A stretch of 64,000 nucleotides of DNA from Bacillota bacterium. GTDB taxonomy: Bacteria > Bacillota > SHA-98 > Ch115 > JABLXJ01. Both the position numbers and the translations under genes were made by a program. The stretch covers positions 78,305 to 142,304 of the forward strand of contig JABLXJ010000008.1 in the NCBI GenBank assembly GCA_013178125.1, given 5' to 3'. This document shows, in pieces, positions 58,705-64,000 of the stretch. Under the pieces are notes generated by a model. That model saw only the letters and a list, made by a program, of their open reading frames with translations. It made no database searches and had not been told where the DNA came from. How positions within the stretch are numbered: the stretch's first letter is position 1; every line of letters starts with the position of its first letter.

Positions 58705-59715
58705 TCAGTAACCTTCAAAAGCTGCCTCCACCATAGCTTTAAAGTTCAACGGATTCACGTAATCCGGTACGGTATTGCTGGAGCCGACACAGTAACCTCC
58801 ATTGTAACCTAGCTTTTCGATACGATCTCGCACCAGCAGCCGTACCTGTTCCGGGGTCCCACGACTCAACAGGTCTACATCGATATTACCGATAAGACAG
58901 AATTGATGCCCCCTCTTGGCTTTCACCTCCTCTGCATCCATAGATTTGGGTTCTAGGGGATGAATTGCTGACACACCGATATCGACGAAATCATCAAAGA
59001 CCTCCCACAAATTGCCATCGGTATGGTACAGGAATGGCACCCCTAGTTGTTTCGCCAGGACAGAGATCTTTTTCATCCAAGGGAACAGATGACCCCGCAG
59101 AAATTCGGGGTTGACCAATAAACCAGATCCGAACGCGATATCATCGGTATACCAAATGGCACCGACCGCCTCACCCGCAAGTTCAACCGCTCTCCTATTA
59201 ACCTCATAGACGGCGTGCCCCAGCTGTTGCATGAGCTCGGCCACAAGCTCCGGTTGTTCATATAGGGAAAGGCAGAAATGGGTATACCCCATATGGGTCC
59301 ATGCTTTTGTGAAAATGTCGCCGGTAGACAGGATGATCTTCATGTCCTGTGGAAGGTGTTTCTTTACATCAATCAAAAGAGAATAGTCGACGTTGTCCAG
59401 CTCGGTGCGCCAAGGCCAGTTCCTTTCTCTCAGATCCTCCCAAGTTCGCAGTACTCCTACGCTTTCAATAGAAGCATCTCTATGGTCAATGGCATCGAAT
59501 CTGTAATCCGGCCGAACATGTACGTAATCATATCCGGCTTTTACCCAAAACTCCACTTCATCTGCCGCAGTCTGCAAGGGATGTTCAATTACCAATTCTT
59601 TGATTTCTTTGGCAATAAGAAATTCCCCCAAGGGTGGGCGATCGGACCGCCCCTCTAAGGTGAGGGATCTACGAATCCGATTGAAGTCAGGCTCCGGCTT
59701 GATGCTTAGTTTCAC
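58705..59715 (-). CDS. Uroporphyrinogen decarboxylase family protein
   Basis: PDFNR, WYTDDIA, YHTDGN, IHPLEP, IGNIDV, GTPEQV, GSSN. Confidence 0.85.
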   Translation of the reverse strand: MKLSIKPEPDFNRIRRSLTLEGRSDRPPLGEFLIAKEIKELVIEHPLQTAADEVEFWVKAGYDYVHVRPDYRFDAIDHRDASIESVGVLRTWEDLRERNWPWRTELDNVDYSLLIDVKKHLPQDMKIILSTGDIFTKAWTHMGYTHFCLSLYEQPELVAELMQQLGHAVYEVNRRAVELAGEAVGAIWYTDDIAFGSGLLVNPEFLRGHLFPWMKKISVLAKQLGVPFLYHTDGNLWEVFDDFVDIGVSAIHPLEPKSMDAEEVKAKRGHQFCLIGNIDVDLLSRGTPEQVRLLVRDRIEKLGYNGGYCVGSSNTVPDYVNPLNFKAMVEAAFEGY

Positions 59716-60745
59716 TAGGGTTCCCCCTCGTTTCGGTAGTATTTCGGGGTATAAGTATGCCGGGAATCAGCGTTTGGCTGCCACTGCTGTCCCCTGTACA
59801 CATATCCAATAACATAGTGACTGCTTTCTCCACAATAAGGTCGGACTGTACATCAAAAGCGGTGATTCCTGGCTGGCTCATTTCATCCAAATCTCCCCCC
59901 ATATAGCCAATGACAGCTACTTCGTCAGGGATATTAATCCCCGCCTGTAAAGCTTCCTGGACAAACTGGAAACGGGTCGTGCCTTCACTGATGAGAATCC
60001 CGTCAAATTCTTGATGACGGCTGATTAGATATCTAATAGCCCGTCTCCGCTCATTTTGTTTGCCTGTGCTCCACACACAGAGAGAATGATCGATATCCAA
60101 CCCTGCTTGCTGGCAATTCTTGATCAACTCCTGATAAATGCGAAGATCAACAGCTACCGAAGATCTTCGGCCCAGATGGGCTATACGCCGGCATCCCCTA
60201 CCAAACAGGTGCTGAACCGCTTCACGGATAATTTGCTCTACGTCCGCATCGACGTAGGCGAGGCCATCATTATTAGCGCAACGGCCTACCAAAACAAAGG
60301 GGACTTCGCGGCTCTTGAGGACCGGGATCCGCGGGTCAATCATTTCTACTTCAAAAACCAGGAACCCGTCCACCTGGCCGCCTTCAACTACTTGTTCTAT
60401 TCCGGTAATCCTCGATTGTGATTCTTGATTCGGGTATAGTGTTACGTAATACCCCCGTTTTCTCGCGCATATTATGACCTGAGATATAAACTCAAGATAG
60501 CTTTCTCCAGGGTGATTATCTGGATCAAAGGGGTACAATACCCCGATTGAGTTATTGCTTCCCCTGGCCAAAGTGCGAGCGGCGTGGTTGGGAACGTAGC
60601 CGAGGTTCTGCATGGCCATCTCTACCCGACGACACAGTTCGGGGCGTACGGAAGGTTTGCCATTGATCACATTGGATACTGTCCCCACCGATACTTTAGC
60701 TGCTCTTGCTATATCGTAGATCGTAGGCATCTTTTTCCCTTCCAT
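59687..60745 (-). CDS. LacI family transcriptional regulator
   Basis: TIYDIARAAKVSVGTVSNVIN, YVPNHAARTL. Confidence 0.93.
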   Translation of the reverse strand: MEGKKMPTIYDIARAAKVSVGTVSNVINGKPSVRPELCRRVEMAMQNLGYVPNHAARTLARGSNNSIGVLYPFDPDNHPGESYLEFISQVIICARKRGYYVTLYPNQESQSRITGIEQVVEGGQVDGFLVFEVEMIDPRIPVLKSREVPFVLVGRCANNDGLAYVDADVEQIIREAVQHLFGRGCRRIAHLGRRSSVAVDLRIYQELIKNCQQAGLDIDHSLCVWSTGKQNERRRAIRYLISRHQEFDGILISEGTTRFQFVQEALQAGINIPDEVAVIGYMGGDLDEMSQPGITAFDVQSDLIVEKAVTMLLDMCTGDSSGSQTLIPGILIPRNTTETRGNPSETKHQAGA

Positions 60746-60753
60746 CCCTTTTC

Positions 60754-60801
60754 AATGAAGCGCTTCATTTATATAGTAGCATTGTTAATTCTTGTAGTCA
60801 A
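60754..60801 (-). promoter_or_regulatory. sigmaA promoter with LacI-type operator
   Basis: TTGACT-17-TACTAT (60801-60773) on the minus strand; perfect palindrome AATGAAGCGCTTCATT (60754-60769) at the start site. Confidence 0.85.
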
Positions 60802-61092
60802 GAGGATGAATACTGGTACTGGACTTATGATATGAGGCCCCACTATATGGAATGCGGCAGCTAGCTGGGAGTCTGTGCTAGAAACAGATGGCATGGAAAG
60901 AGTCGCAAAATTACTTCTTTGGCTATCCACTTGCCGTGCGTTGGTTCCGTTAGAGCTAGGGCAAGCGTCTGGAGTGATTGAGAGTGTCAGAGGTGGGCTG
61001 TGTGCTACCAAGACGGTACGCACCGATAGCGCCGTATTGGTACCGGCGCTCGTATAAGAAGTCTCTTTGCTGGAACCCGGCACTTCATAGGC

Positions 61093-62931
61093 TCATGGAG
61101 AAGGGTCGATTCCGTAACGCTCCAGGATACACGCCACGAAGTCGTGATCTTCCTGGGGTCCCTTAAGCCTCATCCCTGATAGGATCCCGAGTTCCGTAAC
61201 ATCCAAAATGCCATATGAACCTTGATAAAAGACGATAATCTTGTCCATATTGGCGCTGGCAAGCTGGCGGCGCCAGCGTGCCATACCTACTTCCTGAAAG
61301 GGATCAGATTCCTTCCGGCTACCATTCCTTGTGGAGGCAAGAGGCTTAGATGATCCATCCAGGCCTTCTTGAGTAGGCCAGAGCTCGGCATCAAGGCCTG
61401 ATACGCCCTATACGCCTGTACGGGAGCGAACGTGGCAAGGACCATGTAGATATGGTTATATACAGCATTGAGGAATTTCTTAGGGATGATGCCAAGCCCA
61501 AATGCCTGTTTGCCCTCGTGGTGGAGGAGGTTTTCTATGTTGCTCCTCTCATCGTAACCGTCAAAGGCAACAAATGGATCATCAACCGGCCCATTGGTGA
61601 GAAAGACAGTCTTGCCTGCGGGACCAGAATCTTTGCTATCCCACTTCCTCACCACCACGACGTCTATAGGCTGAGGAATATGGTCTTTTCGGAATATATG
61701 GTTTACCTCTTCTTGAGGGCAATACTGATCGTAAGTACAGAGACCTTCTATCCCTACAAGCTCGGTAAGGAGGCGTTCGGTAGTCTTGGCGCTGCCATAG
61801 CCGTGGGAGACTTCAGTTGTGCGGCTTGCGACATGCCCCTCACCAGATGAGGCAATGGATCTTGCGTCACATGTCACACGCATATTGTCTTTAGCTGGGG
61901 TGACGAAGGTGATGCGCATCTTATCCAGTTCATATAGCGTTGGACCATCTAAGAACCCCTTATCGAAGAAAAGACGGGTTATCTTCGCGTAGGACCCGAT
62001 GTTTTCCTGGGCCTTACGGACGAGTTCGAGGGTGTAGTTCACCTCGTGCTCGTTTATCTTAACTATCTTCGCCGCAAGGGGGGATACGGCCTTTTTGCCA
62101 AAGCACCATTATGAGCTTAAAGCCATGGACAACGACCTCGACCTCCTGGATTTTACCGTGCTTGTCTACGACCTTTTGTTTTCGGATGACCGTGCCGCAG
62201 TCGTCCTTGGGAAAGCTATCAGGGACTATGAGGTCGGTTGCGTCGATTATCGTGTAGAGCTCCTCATCCAGGAGCGCACTTCTCGCGATTAGGGAGATAA
62301 GGATATTAAGAAGCGCTTCAGCTTTCTCGATAGAAAACCTCTCCATGACATTTGCCAGGGTCTGCGGGGAAAATGGGGTCGGTTTCTCTTTGCCCTGGGC
62401 GCGGCTATGATGACCTCGATTACAGATACCATCCTTAAGCACCTGGGCATTAAATCCGAGTAGTTCCATGGCAGACGCCCATGCCGCTACGCAGAACCAT
62501 CAGGTAAAGGAAAATCCCCTGATGCGGGTGGAGCTATTTTCAGGGTAGACCCCCCATGCCGCATAAGCGGCACCACCAGAGAATGAAAATGACCTCTGTA
62601 AGATTATTTTCAGGGTAGCGCAATTGGCGAAAAGCATCTCCGGCATGGCGTTCATGGAAGGGATGTCGAGGAGGATTTTGGTCATGTAAGTCAGGGTAAA
62701 CTGCACCAGGGGAAGGATCATGCGCTTATATGACACGATGTTGAATCTTTTCAAAGCATCCATGAAGCCGATGTGATTCATGAAGACAAGGAGGCCATCG
62801 AGGAGGCCGGCTGAATCTAGGGTATGGAGGGAATCGATCTCCTCGCGGTCATAAATGGCCTTGGCGACCCGGTTATCGTCGCGGGTTGCAAATCTAAGAG
62901 TTATTGTGGAATTAGTGGTAGTTTCAGTCAT
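61093..62931 (-). pseudogene. IS4-superfamily DDE transposase pseudogene
   Basis: IIDATD, FFDKGF and YDERSNIE (YxxRxxxE) motifs over four ORF pieces; 144-nt insertion at 62473-62618, +1 frameshift in the G run at 62078-62083, another frameshift near 61395. Confidence 0.85.
62473..62618 (-). mobile_element. Two tandem CT-bounded mini-elements (70 and 74 bp), copies 5 and 6, inside the transposase
   Basis: Minus-strand CT at 62618-17, 62548-47 and 62474-73; each unit is ACCCTGAAAATA...GCGGCATGGG(GG/C)GT; removal restores ANCAAMELLGFN. Confidence 0.85.
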
Positions 62932-63396
62932 ATGAGTATATCTTCCGCCTAAGCAATAGCGCCCAAAGTGTTTTATATCAGGACATTCGACATAAAGGAG
63001 GGAGTACCTCTGGTAATTATTGTAAATCGATAATAATATTTTATGTTTTGAGAAGGCTTCAATGGTGCACTGGGGTATAATTGACGGATGGTAAAGATCT
63101 GGAAGGTTATATCAAAAGTCCAGATACTGGTAAACACCTCAAAATCGCGGACCCAATTCGCTTGGGCTAAAGCCGGTGTAGCGTTTGAAGACCTTAGAGA
63201 AATAGTGGGGGTCACTGAAGCCCATCTGCCGTTGAACAGTAAACCCTCACAAAACGCCCTATTCGCAAAACCTGGATCAAGCGTGACAAGGCTTTTCGGG
63301 ATCACGTATCGTAGGTAAAACGAAAACTTGTAGTAACAAATAATATAGGATTCTTTCTTGACTAGATGAGGCAGTTAGCTATATAATATAGCTACA

Positions 63397-64000
63397 ATGT
63401 ATATCCGAACTGTCACTGCAAAAACCAAAAATGGCCCGCTGGAATACGTCCAGCTCGCCCACAACCACCGGGACCCGGCAACCGGGATCTCCAAGACCCA
63501 GGTCCTGTTCAACTTCGGGCGTGCCGACCATCTCGACCTTGAAGCCGTAAGGCGCCTCATAAAAAGCCTTTCCAAGCTTCTGGGGCCGGACGAAGCAGCC
63601 GAGATCCATAAACAGCTTGGCGAGGACTACGGCTTCGAGTTCCTCGGCTCCCGCCAATTCGGCGGCCCCTGGCTCCTAGACGGTATGTGGAAGAGGCTTC
63701 GCATCGACACTGTCCTCAAAAGGCTCCTCGCTAATAGGGACTATCGGACTCCCGTGGAGCGGTCGATCTTCGCCATGGTAGCCAACCGGGCGTTAAATCC
63801 CGGGAGCAAGTTGAGCATCGAGGACTGGACAGCCCAGGAAGTTTTGATAGACGGACTGCCAGAGGCCGAGGTCCATCAGCTTTATCGAGCCATGGACTTC
63901 CTGCTAGAAGCCGCGCCGGAGATCCAAAAGGAAGTCTTCTTTTCCGTTGCCAACCTCTTCAACCTGGAAGTCGACCTCATCTTCCTGGACACGACCACCA
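63397..64000 (+). mobile_element. IS1634 family transposase, 5' part (absent from ORF track, runs off the window)
   Basis: MYIRTVTAKTKNGPLEYVQLAHNHRDP...VLFNFGRAD...IFAMVANRALNPGSKL...YRAMDFL...LIFLDTT. Confidence 0.88.

Noticed and set aside
62500-62502. Selenocysteine or read-through at the in-frame TGA in the transposase
   Set aside because: The TGA lies inside the inserted mini-element, and the gene has two further frameshifts.
62473-62618. CRISPR array (28-nt repeat-like junction with 42-47 nt spacers)
   Set aside because: Only one full and two half repeats; the spacers are homologous structured interiors; no cas genes. Better explained as tandem mini-elements.

Overview
GC-rich chromosomal segment from an endospore-forming Bacillota, probably diderm: sporulation genes (yabG, csfB/gin, cwlD-like, abrB with Spo0A boxes) sit beside an outer-membrane beta-barrel gene. 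The left half is the conserved origin-proximal block on the minus strand (csfB...yaaO-darA-holB-ricT-rsmI / abrB / metG-tatD-yabE-rsmA-yabG-veg). It lacks tmk, yabA, yabB and rnmV and carries several insertions, including a ROK-led sugar operon. The right half holds a sigma54/PrpR-controlled operon (cyclic amidohydrolase, TctCBA, divergent dihydroorotate dehydrogenase-like flavoprotein, class II aldolase), a Na+-pumping oxaloacetate decarboxylase, xylB, tRNA-Gln, an AbiEii-type toxin-antitoxin pair, two sugar kinases, a lower-GC LacI/URO-D/ABC island, a decayed IS4-type transposase and the start of an IS1634 transposase. The most notable signal is a family of ~70-100 bp two-hairpin mini-elements bounded by CT dinucleotides: 6 copies at 4 loci, twice in tandem, with one pair inserted precisely into a transposase ORF. 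Also notable is an array of eight 17-bp palindromes spaced 32 or 41-42 bp apart. No CRISPR array or rRNA was found. All calls come from reading the sequence; no searches were run.
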